Positions 38,929 to 47,829 of a stretch of DNA of 64,000 bases are shown one piece after another (positions within the stretch are counted from its first letter, which is position 1; each line of letters starts with the position of its first letter). Both the position numbers and the translations under genes were made by a program. The notes beneath the pieces were generated by a model. It was not told the DNA's origin and made no database searches. It worked only from the letters and a program-made list of their open reading frames with translations. The stretch lies in the NCBI GenBank assembly GCA_018669005.1, contig JABJAL010000020.1, positions 3,117-67,116 of the forward strand. The letters are read 5' to 3'. The DNA comes from Nitrospinaceae bacterium. GTDB taxonomy: Bacteria; UBA8248.

Positions 38929-39294
38929 ATGCCTACAACGATAGAAGAAAGAGTTCACGAAAGAAAAAGCATTGACGCAAACACAGCAATATTCGATGCA
39001 CCTGCACTCAGCGGAAAAATCATTTCATACAAGGACATCAGTTTTGGCGGATTGATGATTGAGTCGTCTATTCCTCTTGAGGTTTGCACCACAATCCCAT
39101 GCTCGATTCAGATCAACGGCAACACCTTCATGGACTGCGAGGCTACGGTGGCGTGGATATCAGAAAACAAGACGACACCACCCGTATGGAAAATAGGTTT
39201 TTTGCTTCGAGTGCCTGAAAATCGGCGGAATGAATACGAAGACACCATTGAAGAGGCTTTTCCTTCCTACGAGACCCCGCCCTCGAGAGCCTAA
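38929..39294 (+). CDS. PilZ domain protein
   Basis: RVHER (RxxxR) and DISFGG (DxSxxG) c-di-GMP motifs. Confidence 0.85.
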   Translation: MPTTIEERVHERKSIDANTAIFDAPALSGKIISYKDISFGGLMIESSIPLEVCTTIPCSIQINGNTFMDCEATVAWISENKTTPPVWKIGFLLRVPENRRNEYEDTIEEAFPSYETPPSRA

Positions 39295-39311
39295 AGTCAC
39301 AAAACCCCACC

Positions 39312-39344
39312 GGCAGGGAATTTTCAGCAGGAAAATTCCCTGCC
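39312..39344. repeat. Perfect 14-bp inverted repeat (terminator, stabilising hairpin or operator)
   Basis: GGCAGGGAATTTTC-AGCAG-GAAAATTCCCTGCC. Confidence 0.75.
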
Positions 39345-39438
39345 AAATTCATCGATTTTTTGGTATTCTACCTCTGAAGCTAAGCGGGAAGGCCTGATAT
39401 TTGTGTATCAAATTGGCTTAACTGGGGAGCGTGGGGCG

Positions 39439-39885
39439 ATGAAGAAAATACTGTCTACCATTTTTTTTGCTGTACTTCTTATTGTTGTGATTTCGGCTGG
39501 CAGCGCGGAGGCCCGGCGTAGAACACATTTCGGCGTGGGACTACATTTTCTCTTTGCTCTGGGCCACTACGGGCATCATCATCACCATTACGGCCACTAC
39601 CCATACGCACCGAAGATATATCTTGAATACAGCGACCGTTTCCTTCTATCGGAGAATACCAATCACACACTCGAAACGGCCCGCTCGGGCGAGAAGGTGA
39701 GATGGACAAACCCAGAAACGGGAATTATGGGTTCGGTCGTCGCCAGACCTGCCTATAAAAATGCCAGGGGACAGTATTGCCGGGCATACGAGCAGAAGCT
39801 AAGAGACGCTAGGCTCATCCAGCGCGGCTACGACACCGCCTGCCGCCTCCCCGATGGAAAATGGGAGAACGACCCTCAGCGATAA
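39439..39885 (+). CDS. Exported protein with 17-kDa surface antigen-like (RT0821/Lpp0805) C-terminal domain and His-rich segment
   Basis: Signal peptide ending AEA; HYGHHHHHYGHY; W.NPETG..G...YCR.Y....TACRLPDGKW. Confidence 0.8.
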   Translation: MKKILSTIFFAVLLIVVISAGSAEARRRTHFGVGLHFLFALGHYGHHHHHYGHYPYAPKIYLEYSDRFLLSENTNHTLETARSGEKVRWTNPETGIMGSVVARPAYKNARGQYCRAYEQKLRDARLIQRGYDTACRLPDGKWENDPQR

Positions 39886-39922
39886 GTTCCACAAAATCAG
39901 CTATTTTTTATCTCGCCTGAAA

Positions 39923-40306
39923 TTACTCTATAAACACCTTGCCGCTTTTATACGGATTCGAGCAGCCGCCGTAGCCGCCGACACCCTCGACGGGCTCGGT
40001 TGCGCTCTCCACTTCTGTACAGTGGACCTCGCCTCTCGGAATAAACATAAAATCTCCGGGCTCGGTCACGAATTTCTCCAGCTCCTCGCCGATATACCAA
40101 ACCGCCGTTCCCGAAATGCAATACCAGATCAAATCGCCATCGGTATGGTAGTGGCGCTTGCTTCTGCTCGCGGGAGGGAAATGGGTTTTCACCAACGTGG
40201 CGGTTTCGATTCCAGTCGTCTCGTCGGTGATTCCGAATGTGAGTTCGAAACCAGGCTCATATTTTTCGTCAACAGGAAGATTTTTTACACTCAATACCTT
40301 AGCCAT
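39923..40306 (-). CDS. Cupin domain protein
   Basis: AAAGGA RBS before MAKVLS; RHYH...PGDFMFIPRGEVH. Confidence 0.85.
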   Translation of the reverse strand: MAKVLSVKNLPVDEKYEPGFELTFGITDETTGIETATLVKTHFPPASRSKRHYHTDGDLIWYCISGTAVWYIGEELEKFVTEPGDFMFIPRGEVHCTEVESATEPVEGVGGYGGCSNPYKSGKVFIE

Positions 40307-40368
40307 GAGAATTCCTTTCACCGAAAAAGAGAAAAGTACCAAACTTTCCAATCCAATCGAAAATAAAC

Positions 40369-41505
40369 CTAAAGCTCCGCTTCGATCTCCTCGGGAGAAA
40401 TGGGGAGCGACAATGGCTTCTTCCGCTTCGCCGAAAGATCGCAGGCCATTGTCATCATCAAATTGCGATGACCTTCCGCTCCGGTGGCGTGGGGGGTGTC
40501 CACACCGGTATAGAGCCGCGCGAGCCAGGCGTTCGATTCCTCGCGCATGGGACCCCAGAATTGACCATTGGACATATCGCCCGGCGGATAGCTGCACAAG
40601 AACGTCACGTTCTTCTGGTCGCTGCTGCCGCGATGACTCTGCCATGGTTTTTCGGAGGCCATCACCATATCCCGGTGGGTGTCGTCGATGGTTAACACGC
40701 CCTCGGTCCCGACAATCCCGATTTCAAGGCTGTAGGTCGAGGCAGGCCAGACTTTAGGCAGCGCCCAGCAACAGGACATACTCCAGAGGGTCCCGTCATC
40801 GAAGGTAAATATGCTGAAGGTCGAATCCTGGGTGCCCAAGCCGGCGAAGGATTTATCGACCGAGCGGGCATAGACCTCGGCAGGCTTTTTCCCCTCACCA
40901 AGCACCCAGAAAATTACGTCCAGCGCATGGGTGCCCGAGACCACCATCGGCGTGAGCCTCGAGCGGTCCTCGTTGGCCTCGAGGCGGGTGGGACCCGTCA
41001 ACCCGTTTAAAAAAGCGCGGGTCGTGGCCGAGGTAATATCGCCCAACATGCCCTGGGCGACCTGCTCGCGGGCGGTCAGCCAGCGGCGACGGAAACGCTG
41101 TGTGTAGCCCACAAGGAGATCGACGCCGGCCTTATCGGCGGCCTCGACTATCCCCGCGGACTCGACCACGTTGGTCGCCAGCGGTTTTTCCACGAGGATG
41201 CTGTGGCCGTGCTCGATGGCCGCCCATAGGGTTCCCGCGTGCTCGTTCTCATCTGTTGCAAGTACAGCGGCGTTGACCTCCGAGCGCCCCAGAAGCTCCT
41301 TATAGTCGGTGCAATAAAAATCGGCTCCCAGCTCCTCGGCAACCGCCTTGGCGCGCCCCTCGTCTATGTCGCAGCAGCCTATCCACTCGACTCCTGGATA
41401 TTCTGCCGCGCAACGTCCACGAATCTGCCCCACACGACCGCAGCCGACAATCGCCAAGCCGATAGGATTCTTTGTCAGCCCCTTGATGCCCATTAGCGCC
41501 CCCAT
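40369..41505 (-). CDS. Gfo/Idh/MocA family oxidoreductase
   Basis: IVGCGRVG, LVEKPLA, VGYTQRFR, GTHALD. Confidence 0.92.
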   Translation of the reverse strand: MGALMGIKGLTKNPIGLAIVGCGRVGQIRGRCAAEYPGVEWIGCCDIDEGRAKAVAEELGADFYCTDYKELLGRSEVNAAVLATDENEHAGTLWAAIEHGHSILVEKPLATNVVESAGIVEAADKAGVDLLVGYTQRFRRRWLTAREQVAQGMLGDITSATTRAFLNGLTGPTRLEANEDRSRLTPMVVSGTHALDVIFWVLGEGKKPAEVYARSVDKSFAGLGTQDSTFSIFTFDDGTLWSMSCCWALPKVWPASTYSLEIGIVGTEGVLTIDDTHRDMVMASEKPWQSHRGSSDQKNVTFLCSYPPGDMSNGQFWGPMREESNAWLARLYTGVDTPHATGAEGHRNLMMTMACDLSAKRKKPLSLPISPEEIEAEL

Positions 41506-41605
41506 TTCCTTATTGCGTAAAAAGATGACAGATAAAATAACGTAATTTAAAACCCTGGCCCACTACAAATTGAGGCGGAATCTCCAAATGCTAAGGAGGC
41601 TCGCC

Positions 41606-42781
41606 CTACTCCTCATCCACGATGGCAAACATGGGGTCTGCCGCAGGCACATAGGTCTCGGGCACGCCCAGCTCCCGGCGGACGATGTTCGTGCCTCGGG
41701 CCAGAGCGACCATCTTATAAAAGGCATGCCGCCGGCCCATTCCCTCGCGCCCGAACCCCGTGTCGGTCGTAATACAAAGCCGCTCGGCAGGAATAACCTC
41801 AAGCGCCTTTCGTATCAAAGAAGCCACGTCCTCGGGACGCTCAACCTCAAGGGTGCGCGCATTGATGACGCCAATTCCGATCTTGGGCCCGGTGATGTGC
41901 TCGGCGATGGACGAAAGATCCATCCCACCGGTGCTCGCACACTCAAAGGTGAGCACATCCGCCTCAAGCTCGTTCATGTAGGCAAGGGCCGGCTCATAGC
42001 TTTCCTCAAAGCCCCCGCCGCGCTGCTGCGCAGGATTTCCCCAGCTTGTGTGAACCCAAAGCTCAAGTTTATCCCTGAGCCCGCGAACGCTTCGGTTGAA
42101 GAAGCCAATACTTTCCTGGGCCTCGGCCTCAATATTCGAGGATTGAAAATCCAAACGGTGGACCCAAGGCTCCTCAACCTGAAAAACGGTGGCGCCAGCC
42201 GCAGCCAACCCGTGAAACTCCGCGTTCATAATGTCGCAGAGAACGCCTATGAGCTCGGCTTTGTCTTCGTAGTAGACGTTGGGGATCATCCGGCCCACCT
42301 GCTCGGGGCTCACCATCCCAATTTTAACGGGTCGGGAGGTCATCTGCTGGGCACAGCGCCAAAGCTGGGTAAGCTCAATGTGGCCGGGGCCAATCTTTTC
42401 CATGACAATAGGGAGCACCCTCGAATTGTGCACTTCGTAGAGAAGGCTGCCCATCGCTTGTGAGTTCCGCCGTGGATATTTATATTGTGCGGAATGGTAA
42501 TCCGACACACCGTCGAGGCGCTCCATGACGTAGCTGACCCACGAGCGTCCACCCACGTCGTTGTCGAAGCGCGCATCGCCGTCCGAGACGATATCGAGAC
42601 CCGCACGTTCCTGGTCGCGAATGAAGCTCGAGACCGCATCAAGGTACTGCTCGCGGTGAAGACTATCGACCATCGCGGCGCGAAGGGGCTGGCCGGCTAG
42701 ATTTCTGTTGAACCAAGCTGGCCGCGGGAGCGAGCCAGCCATGGTGGTCGGAAGCACTTTGCCTTTTGTGGCGGTGTACAC
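41606..42781 (-). CDS. Cobalamin-independent methionine synthase II (MetE C-terminal-like) family protein with atypical metal site
   Basis: GSLPRP, DQERAGLDIVSDG, Q.EEP, HTSWGN, GVIN....VE.PE.VA, TDTGFG. Confidence 0.85.
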   Translation of the reverse strand: MYTATKGKVLPTTMAGSLPRPAWFNRNLAGQPLRAAMVDSLHREQYLDAVSSFIRDQERAGLDIVSDGDARFDNDVGGRSWVSYVMERLDGVSDYHSAQYKYPRRNSQAMGSLLYEVHNSRVLPIVMEKIGPGHIELTQLWRCAQQMTSRPVKIGMVSPEQVGRMIPNVYYEDKAELIGVLCDIMNAEFHGLAAAGATVFQVEEPWVHRLDFQSSNIEAEAQESIGFFNRSVRGLRDKLELWVHTSWGNPAQQRGGGFEESYEPALAYMNELEADVLTFECASTGGMDLSSIAEHITGPKIGIGVINARTLEVERPEDVASLIRKALEVIPAERLCITTDTGFGREGMGRRHAFYKMVALARGTNIVRRELGVPETYVPAADPMFAIVDEE

Positions 42782-42926
42782 GTCTCGGGCTCCTATAATT
42801 GGGTCAGTCGAAAATTTTATTTAGTCCGATTATCATAAAGGAAGTTGGAGCCATCGGGAACCAGGACGGGCCTGATTAAGATGGTTTTACGAAATCGCCA
42901 TAAAACAGATATAAGGAGAAACGAAG

Positions 42927-43580
42927 ATGGCAAGAGTTCCGCTGCTAACCCCCGAGGATGCCCAAGGAGAGGTAGCGCGCACCTTCGAGATATTTGGCAA
43001 ATTCCAGAAGCGCAATGTCCACTCCGTGCGCGCAACGGCCAACTCGCCGTTTCTCGCCCGGATTTTCTACCCCCTCGTACAGACCTTGATGCGCGAGGGC
43101 CTGGGGACCGTCCTCTCCTCAAAGCTCAAGGAGATTGCCACCATCAAGACCAGCCAGCTAAACGGCTGCGACTACTGACTTCTCCACAACACCATGCTCG
43201 GCCGGGCGCTGGGCATCACCGATGAAATGGTCGAGGCCATTGGTTCCGATAACTATATGGACTCGCCCCTGCTCACTGATCGTGAAAAGGCCACCGTCCT
43301 ATGGGCCGAACACGTCACCCTCAACACAGCCAAACACCGCGACGACATCGCCGCCGAGGTGCAAAAACATTTCTCCGACCAAGAGTTTGTCGAGCTCACC
43401 TTCGTGACCAGCTACTTCAACATGCGTAACCGCTACCACGATTCGCTCCAGCTACCCCTCGATGAGGTCGAAGTTGCCGGGGACATCAGTCGCCTCCGGC
43501 CGGATCCAGACAAACTCAAATCATTTCTGCAAAATATTCTCGACAACTGGCCCGACAAATTCCCCGAGCCAAACGATTAA
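42927..43580 (+). CDS. AhpD-like/CMD family protein; predicted selenoprotein with CxxU motif (TGA 43176-43178)
   Basis: TAAGGAG RBS; ORFs 42927..43178 and 43194..43580 share a frame; joined reading KE...TSQLNGCDY-U-LLHN matches the AhpD N.C.YC..H core; 217 aa. Confidence 0.9.
43194..43216 (+). promoter_or_regulatory. Candidate bacterial SECIS hairpin
   Basis: ATGCTCGGC-CGGGC-GCTGGGCAT: 9-bp stem (two G-U) with a G-rich loop 25 nt after the TGA; folded by eye. Confidence 0.6.
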
Positions 43581-43622
43581 TTTTTTCACTCAATTTTCAG
43601 ACCTTATTAAAGGAGACTTCTG

Positions 43623-44339
43623 ATGGACCGAGGCATTTGGGCAATCTGGTACGATCTTCCCGAAGAGGGACGCGAGGAATATCTCGCCTGGCTTCATGAA
43701 GTGCACCTCCCCGCGGCTCTCAAGCGGCCCGGCTACCTATGGGCGGCCCATGTCGAAAATATCTGGGACGAGGCGCATGAAGCCCATAAAGCCAAAGTCC
43801 TCACCTGGACCGACGATCCCGCCATACCCACCGGAAACGACTACCTCCTCCTGTTCGGAGCCGAACTCCCCACCACTTTCCTCGACCCCAGCCCCGCCCA
43901 ACTCGCCGAGAAATGGGGCAGCGATGAGCGTGAAATGCTCACCCGGCGGATCGGCGCGCGCCAGTGCATCTTCATGGAGCGCGACCGCATCGAGGGCTAC
44001 GAGGTTAGCACCCGTGCGCCCGGCATCACGCCCGGCCCCGCCATCCAGGTCGGCACATTCAACACCCCTCTAGAGTACGAAGAAGAACTCGGCTCGTGGT
44101 ACTCCCAGGTGCGTATGCCGCGCCTGACGAAAATGGATGGTTGCATCGGAGCGCGAAATCTCATTTCGGTCGCCGGATGGGCCCATCATGCAATCATGTA
44201 CGAATGGACTTCCATCGAATCGCTACAAAAGAATTTCACCACTGAGGGCACGCCGCGCTCAAGAGAGGCTGTGAATAACCTCGTCCACGCACCGAAATCG
44301 CCCACCCTGGGACAGCGAATCTGGCCGCCGGTGGAATAA
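43623..44339 (+). CDS. Hypothetical protein, probably a duplicated EthD/DUF4286-like alpha+beta barrel
   Basis: Two internal repeats: EEYLAWLHEVHLP....PG and EELGSWYSQVRMP....DG. Confidence 0.6.
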   Translation: MDRGIWAIWYDLPEEGREEYLAWLHEVHLPAALKRPGYLWAAHVENIWDEAHEAHKAKVLTWTDDPAIPTGNDYLLLFGAELPTTFLDPSPAQLAEKWGSDEREMLTRRIGARQCIFMERDRIEGYEVSTRAPGITPGPAIQVGTFNTPLEYEEELGSWYSQVRMPRLTKMDGCIGARNLISVAGWAHHAIMYEWTSIESLQKNFTTEGTPRSREAVNNLVHAPKSPTLGQRIWPPVE

Positions 44340-44376
44340 ACTACGTCTTTGGTATCGTATTGATAAGGAGCCCAGC

Positions 44377-45384
44377 TTGATCATCGACCATCACGCACAC
44401 ATCGTCCCGGAAGGGATTCTGGAAGACCTTCGCGCCGGAAAATACGCACCCATCCTACGCATCGAGCAGGGCGAGAAATGGGAAACCCTCGTCCGCGAAG
44501 ATGAACTCTCCAGCAAGGTTCGCCAGACCCAGAATCGCATCCCGCCCGAGGCAGTCGATCCCGAGATTCGCCTCTCGGACATGAAAAAGATGGACATCGA
44601 CCACCAGGTTCTCTCGGCCATTACCGGAATGACATTTTATCCTTTAGAGGCCGGAATGGCGGGAGAGATCGCCGCCTCGCAGAATGAGGGCCTCGCCGCC
44701 CTTGTCGATAAATACCCCGACAAGTTCAGCTGTATCGCCGCCGTCCCGCTGCAAGACCCGCCCGCCGCCGCCGCCGAGCTTGATCGCGCGGTAAAACTTG
44801 GCCACAAGGGCGTAAAAATTGGCACGAACATCCGGGGGGAAAACCTCGACGATCCGGCGCTGGATGTTTTCTGGGACAAGGTAGTCTCACTCGACGTTCC
44901 GATTCTGCTTCATCCGGGCGACATCATTGGCCGGGAAAATCGGATGAAGGACTACTACCTCCACAACCTAATCTCGAACCCGCTCGACACCACCATCGCC
45001 GCCGCCTGCCTGATGTTCGGCGGGGTTTTTGACCGGTTTCCGAATCTCAAGATCATTCTTGCCCATCTGGGCGGCTTCACCCCGTGGATCAGGGGCCGCT
45101 GGGATCACGGATGGGAAGTGCGCGGGGAGCCGAGGGCCAAAGGCGCTAAATCGCCCGATGAATATCTATCGAAATTTTATTACGACACCGTGATTCACAA
45201 TGCCGATTGCCTGGAGTTTGCCGTCAAAACCATTGGCGCGGATCAGATACTCTACGGCACCGACGCCCCCTGGGACGTGGGCGACCTGGGCCCCGCGCGG
45301 GAGGTTCCCGGCCTCTCGGGCCTCTCCCCAGAAGATCAGGAGAAAATCCTCTCGGGCAACGCGAAGAAGCTTTTTAAGATTTAG
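44377..45384 (+). CDS. Amidohydrolase-2 family (ACMS decarboxylase-like)
   Basis: IDHHAH, PLQDP, LLHP, AHLGG, YYDT, GTDAP. Confidence 0.92.
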   Translation: MIIDHHAHIVPEGILEDLRAGKYAPILRIEQGEKWETLVREDELSSKVRQTQNRIPPEAVDPEIRLSDMKKMDIDHQVLSAITGMTFYPLEAGMAGEIAASQNEGLAALVDKYPDKFSCIAAVPLQDPPAAAAELDRAVKLGHKGVKIGTNIRGENLDDPALDVFWDKVVSLDVPILLHPGDIIGRENRMKDYYLHNLISNPLDTTIAAACLMFGGVFDRFPNLKIILAHLGGFTPWIRGRWDHGWEVRGEPRAKGAKSPDEYLSKFYYDTVIHNADCLEFAVKTIGADQILYGTDAPWDVGDLGPAREVPGLSGLSPEDQEKILSGNAKKLFKI

Positions 45385-45560
45385 GTGAAGAACTCTGAAG
45401 ATGGAAGGCAAGAGAACCAACGATGGCACCAAGTGACCGAGACGACCCGCGTGATATTCGCTATATGTCCGAAGCCGAACTAGCGGCAGAACTCTCCGTT
45501 TAGCAAAAATGCGCCCCCGGGGCGACGCATAGAGGGCGGCGATGCACCGGGGGTGAACGG

Positions 45561-46442
45561 CTAGAAAATGCGCCAGGAGATGATTCCCACTCCGAGGACG
45601 ATGAGCAAGGTGCCCGCGACGATGATGAACGTCACGCGCTCGTCCTCCTTGAGCACAAACCGGCTCAGCAGCAATGAAAACAGCGGCGCCGTCGCCGAGA
45701 GCGGGGTCACGATGGTCAGATCCCCGTAGCTGAGCCCGACAAAAAGAAAAAACATCGCGAGCGCGTTAATCGCCCCGCTCGCCGTGTAAAAGCGCCAGGC
45801 CTCCGGGCGGTCGAGCTGAGGCCGCTGGCCGGCGGGCAATAGCCGCGCGAGCAGGGCGAGAAACACCATCCCCGAGGCGCTCATCACCGTGATCGCCATC
45901 AGGGGCGAGCCCACCATCTCGACCCCCGCTTTGCGGAAAACGAGGGAGGTCGAGAACATCATCACCCCCAGAATCGGAATCCACAGGTGGCCCCGGCTCC
46001 AGCTTTTATCGCCTGCCTTTTTGTGGGTGATGACAATGCAGCCCAGCACGATGAGAAACGTGCCCGCCCAGATAAACGGCCCGGGCCGCTCGCCCAGCAT
46101 CCCCACCCCGAAGATCGCCGCGAATAGGGGCATCGTCGAGAGCAGCGGCATCGCCCGCGCCACCCCCAGGTGGTGAATCGCCGAGAAGTAGAGCACCCGC
46201 GCGATGGCCGGGCCCAGCAATCCCCCCGCCGCGAGGAGCACCCACACCCTCGGGTTCCACCAGCCGGGCTCCCAGAGCGCCCAACACAGCGCCGCCAGCG
46301 GCGGCACCGTCACCATAAGCCCGATCAAAACACCCGTGACCGCGTTGGCGTGGTGGCCCCCCCGCCGCACGATTACCGAGAACGTTCCCGTGGACATCGC
46401 CGTGAAGATCGAGAACATCCCCGCCAGCGCCGTCTCGTTCAT
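45561..46442 (-). CDS. DMT/EamA family transporter
   Basis: About 10 hydrophobic segments in two repeats; LGER and V.PL...PLF motifs. Confidence 0.88.
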   Translation of the reverse strand: MNETALAGMFSIFTAMSTGTFSVIVRRGGHHANAVTGVLIGLMVTVPPLAALCWALWEPGWWNPRVWVLLAAGGLLGPAIARVLYFSAIHHLGVARAMPLLSTMPLFAAIFGVGMLGERPGPFIWAGTFLIVLGCIVITHKKAGDKSWSRGHLWIPILGVMMFSTSLVFRKAGVEMVGSPLMAITVMSASGMVFLALLARLLPAGQRPQLDRPEAWRFYTASGAINALAMFFLFVGLSYGDLTIVTPLSATAPLFSLLLSRFVLKEDERVTFIIVAGTLLIVLGVGIISWRIF

Positions 46443-46548
46443 GAATTTTGTGTCATGGATAGGTCCCGGAAAAGGAGAGCTACTAGAAGGGCATTTTACC
46501 ACTGATGTGGGTTATACTAGTTAGCCTTTCATCATGAATATCAAAATC

Positions 46549-47772
46549 TCACTTCACAACGTGAATCTCTCGTATCGGGTATTTCTGAAAATTCTCGGCA
46601 CCATTATCAGTGACGAGGCAGACGTCCCCTAGCCAGATGCCCATTTTCTCATCCTCCGTCGAGGGCCAGCCCGTCACGCTGAGACAGGTATTTCTCCGGA
46701 ATACGAAATCGGGGTCCGTCACGGTGTCCCCCGCGCCCCGCACATCGGGGGGCTCGTTCCAGGTGGACCAGCCGGTAATGCTGGTCTTGGCCTTGTAGCC
46801 CGCCTTTTGGGTGTCGTCTAGACAAATTGATGTGAGATCCCCGACCCGGACCCCCGGCTTGATGGCCGCATGAAGATCGTGACTGGTCTTGGTCCCTAGT
46901 TGAAAAAGTTTTTCGTACTCAGGGGTGGGGTCGCCCATGAAGAAAGTCCCCCAAATTTTTCCGTAGTAGCCGCCGATGCCCGCCGATACTTCTGTCATCA
47001 CCACATCGCCCATTTCGATGGGCGTGGTGAGTGGATAGTAATGAGGGTAATCCATGTCGGGATCGCTCATCGGGGTGCGGCCCACGTGGCCCAGCGTCAG
47101 CCGGGCGTCCATGCCCAGCGCGGTTTGGCCCATGAGTTTATACAGATCGCAGGGACGAACTCCCGGGCGCGCCGCCGTCACCATGACATCGTAGACGGCG
47201 TCGGTGACGGCCGCCGACCGGCGCATGCGCTCGATTTCCTCCTCGCTCTTCGGCAGGCGAAGGTTCTCATACCAATTGGTAACAACCTCGAATTCGGCTG
47301 TGGGAAGTGCCCCAGTGATGAGCACATGCGCCTCGTGGGGCAAATTGATATTCAGCCAGCCCGTGTCGCCGACGATTCCGATACGCTTATTTTCAAGCCC
47401 GAGTTCTTTGAGGCGCTCGGCCACCGGGCCCGCGGAACCGCCCATGCCGCCTGTGCGCGTGAACATGCCGCCGGGCCTGACGTCCTTTATGACCGAGTTG
47501 TCACGAATATTTTTGACCTGGTTCGAACTCATGATAAACATGGTCGGGTCCTCGTTTAGGGGAAATACGAGGTAGGTCTGGCTCCACGAGGCCACACTGG
47601 TGAGGTAGACTAGGTTCGTCTGGCCGGGCTCCATGCCCATACCCCGACTGACGCCGTAGACGAGGAGGCAGTCAAGACCCTCAGCCGCCATGCCCTCACG
47701 GATGAGCGTGTAGCGTCTTTGATATTCTTCCTCGGAAAACCAGGGCCAAAAATAATTTGGACACTCGGCCAT
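46549..47772 (-). CDS. M24/creatinase-fold protein
   Basis: FSEEEYQRR, N-terminal creatinase domain, R.PKSEEEIE, GGYYG. Confidence 0.82.
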   Translation of the reverse strand: MAECPNYFWPWFSEEEYQRRYTLIREGMAAEGLDCLLVYGVSRGMGMEPGQTNLVYLTSVASWSQTYLVFPLNEDPTMFIMSSNQVKNIRDNSVIKDVRPGGMFTRTGGMGGSAGPVAERLKELGLENKRIGIVGDTGWLNINLPHEAHVLITGALPTAEFEVVTNWYENLRLPKSEEEIERMRRSAAVTDAVYDVMVTAARPGVRPCDLYKLMGQTALGMDARLTLGHVGRTPMSDPDMDYPHYYPLTTPIEMGDVVMTEVSAGIGGYYGKIWGTFFMGDPTPEYEKLFQLGTKTSHDLHAAIKPGVRVGDLTSICLDDTQKAGYKAKTSITGWSTWNEPPDVRGAGDTVTDPDFVFRRNTCLSVTGWPSTEDEKMGIWLGDVCLVTDNGAENFQKYPIREIHVVK

Positions 47773-47829
47773 ACTCTTCTCCTTATTAAAAAAATGAATG
47801 TTCGCAGGAAAATTCGAAGCCCGTTGAAA

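Noticed and set aside
40307..40645. N-terminal extension of the cupin ORF given in the track
   Set aside because: Overlaps the Gfo/Idh/MocA gene in another frame; an RBS supports the start at 40306.
41570..42463. 297-aa plus-strand ORF
   Set aside because: Antisense shadow of the MetE-like gene.
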